A stretch of 64,000 nt of DNA, from positions 1,440,001 to 1,504,000 of the forward strand of contig OY970320.1 in the NCBI GenBank assembly GCA_963716745.1. Direction: 5' to 3'. Every line of letters begins with the position of its first letter. Within the stretch, counting starts at the first letter, position 1. The stretch is from an uncultured Gemmatimonadaceae bacterium (GTDB lineage Bacteria > Gemmatimonadota > Gemmatimonadetes > Gemmatimonadales > Gemmatimonadaceae). A program made the position numbers and the translations under genes. Positions 1 through 8,554 of this stretch are shown here, piece by piece. The notes under the pieces were generated by a model. That model was given only the letters and a program-made list of their open reading frames with translations. It made no database searches and was not told the origin of the DNA.

Positions 1-765
1 CGTGCGCTTGGGCATCATCTCCTGCAGCATCTCGCCGAAGTTGCCCATTCCCTCGGGCGCGCCCTGCGGCACGAGCATCTCGACCATCGGCGCCGATGGC
101 TGCACGATCTCGACCTCCACCTCGCGCTCTTCGAGCTGTCCATCCACGAGGAGCTGGCGCAGCTTCTCGCGCGTGCGATGGTGGCGCTCGGCGGCGGCAT
201 CCGGCACGCTCTCCTTGTTCACCGTGCCGCTCGAGGAGACGACGAAGAGCGCGGGCCCGGTGGCCGGGCGGTCGCCCGCGGCGGGTTCGTTCGCGGACGG
301 CGCGTTCTCCACCGGCTTCGGGAGGAGCAGGTCGAGGATGCGTTCATCGGTGCGCTCGTACGCGAGGTCCTCCACTTCGTTCTCGCGCTCGGTGCGCACC
401 ATGTCGATCGCGCTCTCGACGAGGTCGCGCACCATGGACTCGACGTCGCGGCCGACGTAGCCGACCTCGGTGAACTTGGTCGCCTCGACCTTGATGAACG
501 GCGCGCTCGAGAGCTTCGCGAGGCGCCGCGCGATCTCCGTCTTGCCGACGCCGGTGGGCCCGATGAGGATGATGTTGTTGGGCGCGATCTCCTCGCGGAT
601 CGCGTCGGGCGCCTGCTGGCGGCGCCAGCGGTTGCGCAGCGCGATCGCGACGGCCTTCTTGGCCTCGCCCTGTCCCACGATGTAGCGATCGAGCTCGGCA
701 ACGATCTGGCGCGGCGTCAGATCGGCGAGCCGGGCGATCGCCTGTTGGGTGCGCTTGGACGGCAT
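1..765 (-). CDS. hslU: HslUV protease ATPase subunit (5' part; runs off window start)
   Basis: Manual translation from ATG at 765: [50 protein letters not shown]...[22 protein letters not shown]...[24 protein letters not shown]; lies directly after hslV. Confidence 0.96.
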   Translation of the reverse strand, partial: MPSKRTQQAIARLADLTPRQIVAELDRYIVGQGEAKKAVAIALRNRWRRQQAPDAIREEIAPNNIILIGPTGVGKTEIARRLAKLSSAPFIKVEATKFTEVGYVGRDVESMVRDLVESAIDMVRTERENEVEDLAYERTDERILDLLLPKPVENAPSANEPAAGDRPATGPALFVVSSSGTVNKESVPDAAAERHHRTREKLRQLLVDGQLEEREVEVEIVQPSAPMVEMLVPQGAPEGMGNFGEMLQEMMPKRT

Positions 766-789
766 ACGGGATTCAGCGGTTCGCCGAGC

Positions 790-1323
790 TCAGAGCTCGA
801 GCACCGTGATGTTCCGGTTGGTGTAGATGCAGATGTCGGCGGCGATCTCGAGCGCCGAGCGCACGAGGTCGGGCGCGGAGAGCTTGGAGTTCGCCATGAG
901 CGCGCGCGCGGCGGCGAGCGCGTACGGGCCGCCGGAGCCGATCGCGAGGATGCCATCGTCGGGTTCGATGATGTCGCCGGTGCCGGAGATCACGAAGCCA
1001 TGCTGTTTGTCGACGACGGCGAGCAGCGCCTCCAGGCGGCGGAGCACGCGATCGCTGCGCCATTCCTTGGCCAACTCCACCGATGCGCGCGGGAGATTCT
1101 CGGGATAGCGTTCGAGCTTCTCCTCGAATTTCTCGAAGAGCGTGAACGCATCAGCTGCGGCACCGGCGAATCCGGCGAGCACTTTGCCTCCGCGCAGTGC
1201 GCGCACCTTGAGCGCGTTGGCCTTCATCACCGTGTCGCCGACCGTGACCTGACCATCGCCGGCGATGGCGACTTTCCCATCGCGGCGCGCGGCGAGAATG
1301 GTGGTGGCGTGTGGGCGTTCCAT
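790..1323 (-). CDS. hslV: HslUV protease peptidase subunit
   Basis: TTILA...AGDGQVT...[11 protein letters not shown]...[16 protein letters not shown]...IGSGGPYA...DICIYTN; short MERPHA leader before the catalytic Thr. Confidence 0.97.
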   Translation of the reverse strand: MERPHATTILAARRDGKVAIAGDGQVTVGDTVMKANALKVRALRGGKVLAGFAGAAADAFTLFEKFEEKLERYPENLPRASVELAKEWRSDRVLRRLEALLAVVDKQHGFVISGTGDIIEPDDGILAIGSGGPYALAAARALMANSKLSAPDLVRSALEIAADICIYTNRNITVLEL

Positions 1324-1372
1324 ACAGGAAAGATAACGACACTCTGCGCGTTGGCGCTTAACAACACAAACA

Positions 1373-1471
1373 GCTTTGACAGGATTAACATGATTGACGG
1401 CATGATGAACGGCGCGCGAGCCGCTCCCACGCCGTTCATCATGCTGTTAGTCATGTTAATCCTGTCAAAGC
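1373..1471. repeat. Long intergenic inverted repeat, family A (42-bp arms, 15-nt loop)
   Basis: GCTTTGACAGGATTAACATGATTGACGGCATGATGAACGGCG pairs with CGCCGTTCATCATGCTGTTAGTCATGTTAATCCTGTCAAAGC (3 mismatches); related arms at 55431-55527. Confidence 0.92.
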
Positions 1472-1484
1472 CGTTGTCGTCGTC

Positions 1485-2459
1485 TCAGGCGCGGGGATGT
1501 GCCTTCTTGTAGACCTCTTTCAGGCGCTCGACGCTGGTGTGGGTGTAGATCTGCGTCGTAGAGATCGAAGAATGGCCGAGGAGTTCCTGCACGGCGCGGA
1601 GGTCGGCGCCGGCGTCCAGCAGATGCGTGGCGAACGTGTGGCGCAGCGAGTGCACGGAGAGTCCCGCGTCTTCGTCGATGGCGTTCAGGAATTTCGAGAC
1701 GAGTTGCTGCACCGTGCGCGGTGCGATGCGGCGGCCGGTGCGCGCGAGGAAATACGCGTAGCGCTCTGATCGCGCGCCGAGTCGCTTCGTGAGCTCGTCG
1801 CGCTTGCCCTCGTAATTGCGCAGCGCGAGCTGCGCGTGGTCGCCGACGGGGACGATGCGTTCCTTGCGTCCCTTGCCGCGCACCTTCACCACCTGCGCGA
1901 CGAGATCGATGTCGGCGCGGTTGATGCCGGCGAGCTCCGAGAGGCGCATGCCCGTGGAGTAGAACAATTCCAGGATGGCGAGATCGCGCGTGCTCTCGAA
2001 GCGGCCGTCCTGCGCGCGGAGCTGTGCGGTCTCGAACAACAGATCGATCTGCGCGCGGTCGAGATACGCGGGCAGGTACTTGTCCTGCTTGGGCGTGGCC
2101 ACGCCGCGCGCCGGATTCGCCTCGACACGCTCGGCGTGGTGCATCCACTTGTAGAACGATCGCACGGCCGAGAGCGAGCGCGCGATGGAGCGCTTGCCGA
2201 GCCCGCGGCGGGTGAGGTGGCCGAGGTATCCGCGAATGGCGAGGCGGTCGAGCCCCTCGAAGGACCACGCCTCGCTTCCGTAGTAATTGCCGAGGAAGGC
2301 GACGAATTCCTCGAGGTCGCGGGTGTAGGCCTTCACGGTGTGCGCGGAGTCTTGGCGTTCTTTCTCGAGATAATCGAGATAGTCGAGCACCGGACTGCGG
2401 GCTGTCGGCTCTGGGCTGTCGCTTGCAACGGCGGGAGGCTTCGCGCGGCGGGGGCTCAT
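1485..2459 (-). CDS. xerC: Tyrosine recombinase XerC
   Basis: [69 protein letters not shown] at 2459 overlaps the trmFO stop; topA-trmFO-xerC-hslVU synteny. Confidence 0.92.
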   Translation of the reverse strand: MSPRRAKPPAVASDSPEPTARSPVLDYLDYLEKERQDSAHTVKAYTRDLEEFVAFLGNYYGSEAWSFEGLDRLAIRGYLGHLTRRGLGKRSIARSLSAVRSFYKWMHHAERVEANPARGVATPKQDKYLPAYLDRAQIDLLFETAQLRAQDGRFESTRDLAILELFYSTGMRLSELAGINRADIDLVAQVVKVRGKGRKERIVPVGDHAQLALRNYEGKRDELTKRLGARSERYAYFLARTGRRIAPRTVQQLVSKFLNAIDEDAGLSVHSLRHTFATHLLDAGADLRAVQELLGHSSISTTQIYTHTSVERLKEVYKKAHPRA

Positions 2460-3793
2460 GGTGCCACCGGCGTGATCGCGCTCGCGGCGAGCCACGCGTC
2501 GAGATCGGCGAGGGCGCGCGCGGCCATCAGCTCCTTCTTCTTTTTCTTGTCGCGCTCGGGCTTGGCGAGATCGTCCACGAGACCGAAGTTCGCGTTCATC
2601 GGCTGGAAGTGCGATGGGTCGCTCTCGCGAAGATAACGATAGAGCGCACCGAGCATCGTGGTCGGCGGCGGGATCACCGGTTCCATTCCCGAAACGCGAC
2701 GCGCGAGATTGATCCCGGCGAGAAGTCCCGGTAGCGCTGCTCTCGGTGTAACCCTCCACGCCGCTGATCTGGCCGGCAAGAAAGACACAGGGATCGTCGC
2801 GCAGCGTGAGTGCGGAGGTGAGCGCGGCGGGCGTGTTCACGTACGAGTTGCGGTGGATCGAGCCGAAGCGCAGGAACTCCGCGCCGGCGAGGCCGGGGAT
2901 CATGCGGAAGACGCGCTGCTGCTCGCCGGTGCGGAGACGCGTCTGGAAGCCGACGAGATTCCACATGCGGCCCGCGCGATCCTCCTGGCGGAGCTGCACC
3001 ACGGCGCACGCGTCCTTGCCGGTTCGCGGATCGCGAAGGCCTACCGGCTTGAGCGGGCCGAATCGCAGCGTCTCGCGGCCGCGCGACGCCATCTCCTCCA
3101 CCGGCATGCAGCCCTCGAAGTAGGGTACCTCATCGAAGTCGTGGCCTTGGTACTTGTCGGCGGCGAGGAGCGCGTCGAGGAAACCATCATACTGCTCGCG
3201 CGACATCGGGCAATTGAGATACGCGCCGTCATCGCCGGCGCCTTCCATCGTCTCCTTGCCGTAGCGGGAGGCGCGGAACACGATCGCGTCGTCGATCGAA
3301 TCGCGCGCGATCACCGGTGCGATCGCGTCGTAGAACGCGAGCGCGGCGATGCCGAGGCGCTCGCGGATCTTGTCGGCGAGCGCGTCGGACGTGAGCGGGC
3401 CGGTGGCGATGATCGCTGGGCGACGGGATCTCCGTCACCTCGCCGAGCTCGATCGTGATGTTCGGATGCGCTGCCACGCGATCGTGTACAGCCTGCGAGA
3501 AGATCTCGCGGTCCACGGCCAGCGCGCTGCCGCCGGGCACGCGCGCACGATCCGCCGCCCACAATATGAGCGAGCCCATGCGCCGCATCTCGGCCTTGAG
3601 CAGCCCGTGCGCATTCGTGGTCTCGGTGCTCTTGAAGGTGTTGGAGCAGACGAGCTCGGCGAGCCGGTCGGTCTTGTGCGCCTCGGTCGTGACGCCGGGG
3701 CGCATCTCGTGGAGCACGCACCGGCACGCCGCGCTCGGCGAGTTGCCACGCGGCTTCCGATCCTGCCAGTCCGCCGCCGATGACGTGGACCAC
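2456..3793 (-). CDS. trmFO: tRNA (uracil-54) methyltransferase TrmFO/Gid, three apparent +1 frameshifts (about 3718, 3415, 2728)
   Basis: Consecutive pieces [18 protein letters not shown] / HEMRP...[11 protein letters not shown] / IIATGPLTS...FYDAIAPVI...[10 protein letters not shown]...LVGFQT...[13 protein letters not shown] / [10 protein letters not shown]...[10 protein letters not shown] in shifting frames. Confidence 0.9.
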
Positions 3794-3805
3794 TGTTCCC
3801 GGGGC

Positions 3806-6343
3806 CTAGCTCGCGGCGGCGGCGGGCTCGGGTTCACCCGCCACGGCCCACTCGTTGCCGCACTTCAGGCACTTCCGGTATTCGCCGCGCGCCTTCGTTG
3901 ATTTCATCTCGGCGCCCATGTTGCCGCAGTCGGGGCATTTCTCGAGCACCGGCTTGTTCCAGCAGATGAAATCGCAGTTCGGATGATTGGCGCAGCCATA
4001 GAACGGACGGCCGCCCTTCTTCGAGCGCAGCTGGATAAGATCGCCGCCATCCTTCGGGCACATCACGCCGATCGGCAGCGCGCGCGTGCCGCGGCACTTC
4101 GGGAACTTGCTGCAGCCGAGGAATTCGCCGGAACGTCCCTGGCGGATCACCATGAAGTTGCCGCAGAGCTGGCAGATCTCCTTGGTCATCACCGCGGGCT
4201 TGCGGTCGCGGCCGAGCGGGCGCGTGTAGTCGCACGTGGCGGGCCGGTTCACGCACATCACGTACGGACCGAAGATGCCGCCCTTGGCCACGAGCTTGCC
4301 GCCGCACTTCGGGCAGCGCTCGTTGGGAAGGTTGGAGATGTCGTGCGCCTGCGCGATGAGTTCCTCGACGTTCGCGGCGTCGAGCGACTTGGAGAACGGC
4401 TTCCAGAAATCCTTGAGCACGTGCTGCCAGCCGAGGTCGCCCTCTTCCACCTTGTCCAGCTCCTGCTCCATCTCCGACGTGAATTTCACGTTGAAGATGT
4501 CGGGGAACTGGAGCACCATGATCTTCTCCACCGTCTCGCCGAGCGGCGTGGGGGTGAAGCGGCGCTGCTCGAGGAGCACGTAGCGGCGGTCGGCGAGCAC
4601 GGAGATGATGCTCGCGTAGGTGGACGGCCGGCCGATGCCGAGGCGCTCGAGCTCCTTCACGAGACTCGCCTCCGAGAAGCGCGGCGGCGGCTCGGTGAAG
4701 TGCTGGTGCGGCGTGATCTCGCGCACCGGCACGTTCTCCTTCACCTCGAGCACGGGGAGCGCCTGCTCGTCCTCGAGCGCGCGTCCCTCGCCTTCCTCGT
4801 GCGCCTCGCGGTAGAGCGCGAGGAATCCTTCGAACTTGATGACGCTGCCGGTGGAGCGGAACAGGTAGCGGCCGAGGTCGAAGTCCACGGTGGTGGTATC
4901 GAACACGGCGGGCGCCATCTGGCACGCCATGAACCGCTTCCAGATCAACTCGTAGAGCTTGAACTGCTCCGGCGAGAGGAATTTCTTGACGTCCTCGGGG
5001 CGGCGCGTCGGTTCGGTGGGGCGCACGGCCTCGTGCGCGTCCTGCGTGTTGGCGCCCGCCTTGCCATAGAGCTGCGGTCCGGCCGCGAGCGAGTCCGCCC
5101 CGTACTGCGCCGCCAGGAACGTGCGCGCCTGATCGGCGGCCGCCGGCGACACGCGCGTGGAGTCGGTGCGCATGTACGTGATGAGACCCACCTGCCCTTC
5201 TTCCTTGCCGAGCTCGATGCCCTCGTACAGGTCCTGCGCGACGCGCATCGTTTTCCGCGATCCGAAGCTCAGCTTCTTCGCGCCTTCCTGCTGCAGCGTG
5301 CTGGTGGTGAACGGCGCGGACGGATTCTTGCGGCGCTCGCGCTTGCGGACCTCGGTGACCTGGAAATGCTTGCGTCCCTTCAGGTCGGCGAGGATCGCGT
5401 TCGCGGTGGCACCGTCGTGGATCTCGGGTTTCTTGCCATCGAGCTGGTGCAGCTTGGCCGTGAACTTCTGCGCGTTCTTCTCGAGCAGCGCGTCGACCGT
5501 CCAATACTCCACCGGCTTGAACGCGCGGATCTCGCGCTCGCGCTCGACGATGAGTCGCAGCGCGACGGTCTGCACGCGGCCGGCGGAGAGGCCCTTCTTC
5601 ACGGTCTTCCAGAGGAGCGGGCTCGCCTTGTAGCCCACGAGCCGGTCGAGCACGCGGCGCGCCTGCTGCGCGTTCACCTTCTTGTCGTCGATGCGGCCGG
5701 CCTTCTTGATCGCGGCCTGCACCGCTTCCTTCGTGATCTCGTGAAAGAGCACGCGCTGCACCGGCGCGCCGTTCTTCTGCTTGATCGACTCGGCGACGTG
5801 CCACGCGATCGCTTCGCCCTCGCGGTCGGGGTCGGTCGCGAGATAGATGTGCGACGCGACCTTGGCGGCGCCCTTCAGCTCATCGAGCACCTTCTCCTTG
5901 CCGGGGACGGGCACGTACTTGGGCGTGAACCCGTTCTCGATGTCGATGCCGAGCCCCTTCTCGGGCAGATCGCGCACGTGGCCCACCGTGGCGCGCACGC
6001 GGAAATCGTTGCCGAGATACTTGCCGATGGTCTTCGCCTTGGCCGGCGATTCGACGATGACGAGGCGCTTGTTGTTGTAGGTCGAGAAATCGATGTCCGA
6101 CGCGACGGGCGGAGCTTCCTTCACTTTCTTCGAGGCACGAGCGGTCACCGCTGCGCGCTCTGAACTCGCACGCGCGACCGGCTTCTTCGGCGCAGCCTTC
6201 GGCTTCGGCGCGGGCTTCGCCTTGGCGATGGCCGATGGCCGATGGCCGATGGCCTTCTTTACGGGCGCAGCCCTCTTCGCCGGCGCGGCTCTATTCTTCG
6301 CCGCCGGCTTCTTCTTCGCCGCCACTTTCTTCTTGGTCGCCAC
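3806..6343 (-). CDS. topA: DNA topoisomerase I with Lys/Ala/Pro-rich N-terminal extension
   Basis: [48 protein letters not shown]-terminal zinc ribbons. Confidence 0.97.
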   Translation of the reverse strand: MATKKKVAAKKKPAAKNRAAPAKRAAPVKKAIGHRPSAIAKAKPAPKPKAAPKKPVARASSERAAVTARASKKVKEAPPVASDIDFSTYNNKRLVIVESPAKAKTIGKYLGNDFRVRATVGHVRDLPEKGLGIDIENGFTPKYVPVPGKEKVLDELKGAAKVASHIYLATDPDREGEAIAWHVAESIKQKNGAPVQRVLFHEITKEAVQAAIKKAGRIDDKKVNAQQARRVLDRLVGYKASPLLWKTVKKGLSAGRVQTVALRLIVEREREIRAFKPVEYWTVDALLEKNAQKFTAKLHQLDGKKPEIHDGATANAILADLKGRKHFQVTEVRKRERRKNPSAPFTTSTLQQEGAKKLSFGSRKTMRVAQDLYEGIELGKEEGQVGLITYMRTDSTRVSPAAADQARTFLAAQYGADSLAAGPQLYGKAGANTQDAHEAVRPTEPTRRPEDVKKFLSPEQFKLYELIWKRFMACQMAPAVFDTTTVDFDLGRYLFRSTGSVIKFEGFLALYREAHEEGEGRALEDEQALPVLEVKENVPVREITPHQHFTEPPPRFSEASLVKELERLGIGRPSTYASIISVLADRRYVLLEQRRFTPTPLGETVEKIMVLQFPDIFNVKFTSEMEQELDKVEEGDLGWQHVLKDFWKPFSKSLDAANVEELIAQAHDISNLPNERCPKCGGKLVAKGGIFGPYVMCVNRPATCDYTRPLGRDRKPAVMTKEICQLCGNFMVIRQGRSGEFLGCSKFPKCRGTRALPIGVMCPKDGGDLIQLRSKKGGRPFYGCANHPNCDFICWNKPVLEKCPDCGNMGAEMKSTKARGEYRKCLKCGNEWAVAGEPEPAAAAS
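6226..6253. repeat. Tandem heptamer (CGATGGC)x4 inside topA 5' extension
   Basis: Four perfect copies read directly at 6226-6253. Confidence 0.9.
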
Positions 6344-6345
6344 GA

Positions 6346-6582
6346 TTAATGCACCGTCACGTTGTCGCCGCCCAGGCCGTCGTCGATGAAGCCGACGCCT
6401 TCCATGAGCGCACGAAGATCATCGAGCGCGATGCGTCCCTCGATCTGCGAGAGCGCGCGCTCAATGAGCGATTCCAGCTCGTCGGCGCTCACGAGCCCGG
6501 CGCCGGCGAGCGTCATCAAGTGCCCCCACGCTTCGGGGGCGAATCGTCCCCGTTCGTGGGGACCGAGCACTCGGAAAGTCAT
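6346..6582 (-). CDS. Smg/DUF494-like small protein
   Basis: FRVLGPHERGRFAPEAWGHL...ELESLIERAL...; ends in TVH; position directly upstream of topA is typical of smg. Confidence 0.7.
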   Translation of the reverse strand: MTFRVLGPHERGRFAPEAWGHLMTLAGAGLVSADELESLIERALSQIEGRIALDDLRALMEGVGFIDDGLGGDNVTVH

Positions 6583-6713
6583 TCAGCCTCGACCGTTGGC
6601 GGTCGGAAGACGGGTTCGAGCCTGTCGAAGGATTGGACACCCCAGACCGCCCGTTGTAACCGGATCATTGCCGCCCGGACCACGAAAACGGCCCGTCCGG
6701 CCTGTGAAGTGCA

Positions 6714-6727
6714 ATAGTATAGTAGGG
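6714..6727 (-). promoter_or_regulatory. Putative -10 region (CCCTACTATACTAT) upstream of smg-topA operon
   Basis: AT-rich 14-mer identical to the one at 25505-25518 upstream of pilS. Confidence 0.5.
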
Positions 6728-6747
6728 ACGTCAAGTAGGCGCCCAAC

Positions 6748-7314
6748 CTAGCGGGCGGCCCCGGCTCCGGCAAGGCGCACGATCTCCGCGACGAGCGACG
6801 CCGGCGTCATCGCGCCAACGTCGAGCACGTGATCCGCCGACAAGTACACCGGTTCGCGCTCGGCGAGAAGACGCCGCATCGTCGCGAGTGGATCGGCCGT
6901 CTGCAACAGCGGGCGCTGGCGCTTCGCGCGGCGCACGCGCGAGAGCGCGACTTCCGGGCGCATGCGCAGATAAATGAGCAGCGAACGCGGCCGGAGCAGC
7001 GCCACGGCTTCCGCGCTCGTCACCCAACCGCCGCCCGGCGCCATCACGAGACCGCCGCGCTGCGCGAGATCGCGCGTGAGCGACAGTTCGCACGCGCGGA
7101 AATAGGCCTCGCCTCTCTCCGCGAAGATGCGATCGATGGACATTCGTTCGCGCGATTCGATCTCGATGTCGAAATCGATGAACGGGCGCGCCAAGCGCCG
7201 CGCCACGCGCCGGGCGGCCGAGGACTTCCCGACGCCCGGCAGCCCGACGATCACGATGTGCCGATCAGCGCTTGGGAGATCCGATACGGGCGGCAATGTG
7301 TGCCAAGTAGCCAT
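6748..7314 (-). CDS. aroK: Shikimate kinase (start uncertain)
   Basis: IVGLPGVGKS Walker A, IFAERGEAYFRACE, GGG motif, RPLL; follows aroC. Confidence 0.93.
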   Translation of the reverse strand: MATWHTLPPVSDLPSADRHIVIVGLPGVGKSSAARRVARRLARPFIDFDIEIESRERMSIDRIFAERGEAYFRACELSLTRDLAQRGGLVMAPGGGWVTSAEAVALLRPRSLLIYLRMRPEVALSRVRRAKRQRPLLQTADPLATMRRLLAEREPVYLSADHVLDVGAMTPASLVAEIVRLAGAGAAR

Positions 7315-8464
7315 CGTGATTGCGGCGCGTCTCGCCCAGCGAATCGCCGCCGAATTTCTCGAGCATCGCCTGTGCGACGATGAAGGCGGTCATCGCCTCG
7401 GCGATCACGCCCATCGCGGGCACCGCGGTGACATCGCTGCGCTCGGCGACCGCTTGCGCGGGTTCGCCGGTGGCGAGATCGATCGTGGCGAGCGGGCGCA
7501 TGAGCGTGCTGATCGGCTTCATCGCGGCGTGGATGACGAGCGGCTCGCCGTTCGTGACGCCGGCCTCGAGACCGCCCGCGCGATTGGTGCGGCGCTGCAC
7601 GTTGCCGGTGCGCGCGCGGCCGGGCGCGAGCGTGATCTCATCGTGCACTTCGGCGCCAGTGCGGCGCGCGTTCTCGAACCCGGGACCGATCTCGACGCCC
7701 TTCACCGCGGGGATCGACATGATGGCCGCAGCGACGCGCGCGTCGAGCTTCCGGTCCCAGCTCACGTGCGAGCCGAGTCCCACGGGCAGGCCATCGCAGA
7801 TCACTTCGACGATGCCGCCGAGCGTGTTCCCTTCTTTCTTCGCCGCGTCGATCGCGGCGGTCATCTTCGCCTCGGCGTCGGCGTCGAGCGTGCGGAGCGG
7901 CGACTTGTCGGCGGCGGCGTTGAGATCGGCCGGCAGCGCCGACGGCAGGCGCGCGTCGATGCCTCCCAGGTGGATCACGTGACTCGCGACCGTGATGCCG
8001 AACTCGCGGAGGAAGCGGCGGCACACCGCGCCGGCGGCCGTGCGCGCGGCGGTCTCGCGGGCGGAGGCGCGCTCGAGGAGATCGCGGCCGTCGGTGCGAT
8101 CGTACTTGAGCATGCCGCTGAGATCGATGTGGCCGGGGCGTGCGCGAGTGACCGCACGTTTTCGCGGCGCCGGGTCGCCTTCGCGCGGCGCGGGGTCCAT
8201 GACCTCCTGCCAATTCTTCCAGTCGAGATTCGCGATGCGCATCGCGATGGGCGTGCCGAGCGTGAAGCCCGCGCGCACGCCGCCGAGGAATTCCACGGCG
8301 TCGTGCTCGATCTGCATGCGGCGGCCGCGGCCGTAGCCCTGCTGACGGCGCTCGAGGTCGACGTTTACGTCGGCGGCGAGCAGCGGCAGGCCGGCCGGCA
8401 TTCCCTCGAGGATCGCGAGGAGTGCAGGACCGTGCGACTCGCCGGCGGTAGTGAATCGAAGCAT
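7265..8464 (-). CDS. aroC: Chorismate synthase
   Basis: TAGESHG, RRQQGYGRG, RPGHID, ERASARETA, MKPISTL, ERSDV. Confidence 0.97.
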   Translation of the reverse strand: MLRFTTAGESHGPALLAILEGMPAGLPLLAADVNVDLERRQQGYGRGRRMQIEHDAVEFLGGVRAGFTLGTPIAMRIANLDWKNWQEVMDPAPREGDPAPRKRAVTRARPGHIDLSGMLKYDRTDGRDLLERASARETAARTAAGAVCRRFLREFGITVASHVIHLGGIDARLPSALPADLNAAADKSPLRTLDADAEAKMTAAIDAAKKEGNTLGGIVEVICDGLPVGLGSHVSWDRKLDARVAAAIMSIPAVKGVEIGPGFENARRTGAEVHDEITLAPGRARTGNVQRRTNRAGGLEAGVTNGEPLVIHAAMKPISTLMRPLATIDLATGEPAQAVAERSDVTAVPAMGVIAEAMTAFIVAQAMLEKFGGDSLGETRRNHDGYLAHIAARIGSPKR

Positions 8465-8489
8465 GCGGTTAAGCTACGCGGCGGGGGTG

Positions 8490-8533
8490 AAAACGAAACC
8501 CGCCCGGCGCGAACGGTGCGCCGGGCGGGTCTC
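8490..8533 (-). terminator. Rho-independent terminator after pil operon/lipoprotein
   Basis: ACCCGCCCGGCGC-N7-GCGCCGGGCGGGT stem, followed on the minus strand by TTCGTTTT. Confidence 0.8.
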
Positions 8534-8554
8534 GATGGGACTTGGAGCGGAGTA

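Noticed and set aside
1485..2459. Integrase of a prophage or island
   Set aside because: Housekeeping topA-trmFO-xerC-hslVU context; no att repeats, tRNA or phage genes seen
1485..3314. 609-aa TrmFO-XerC fusion ORF
   Set aside because: Produced by a +1 indel near 2728; the true TrmFO C-terminus is in another frame and ends at an ATGA overlap with xerC
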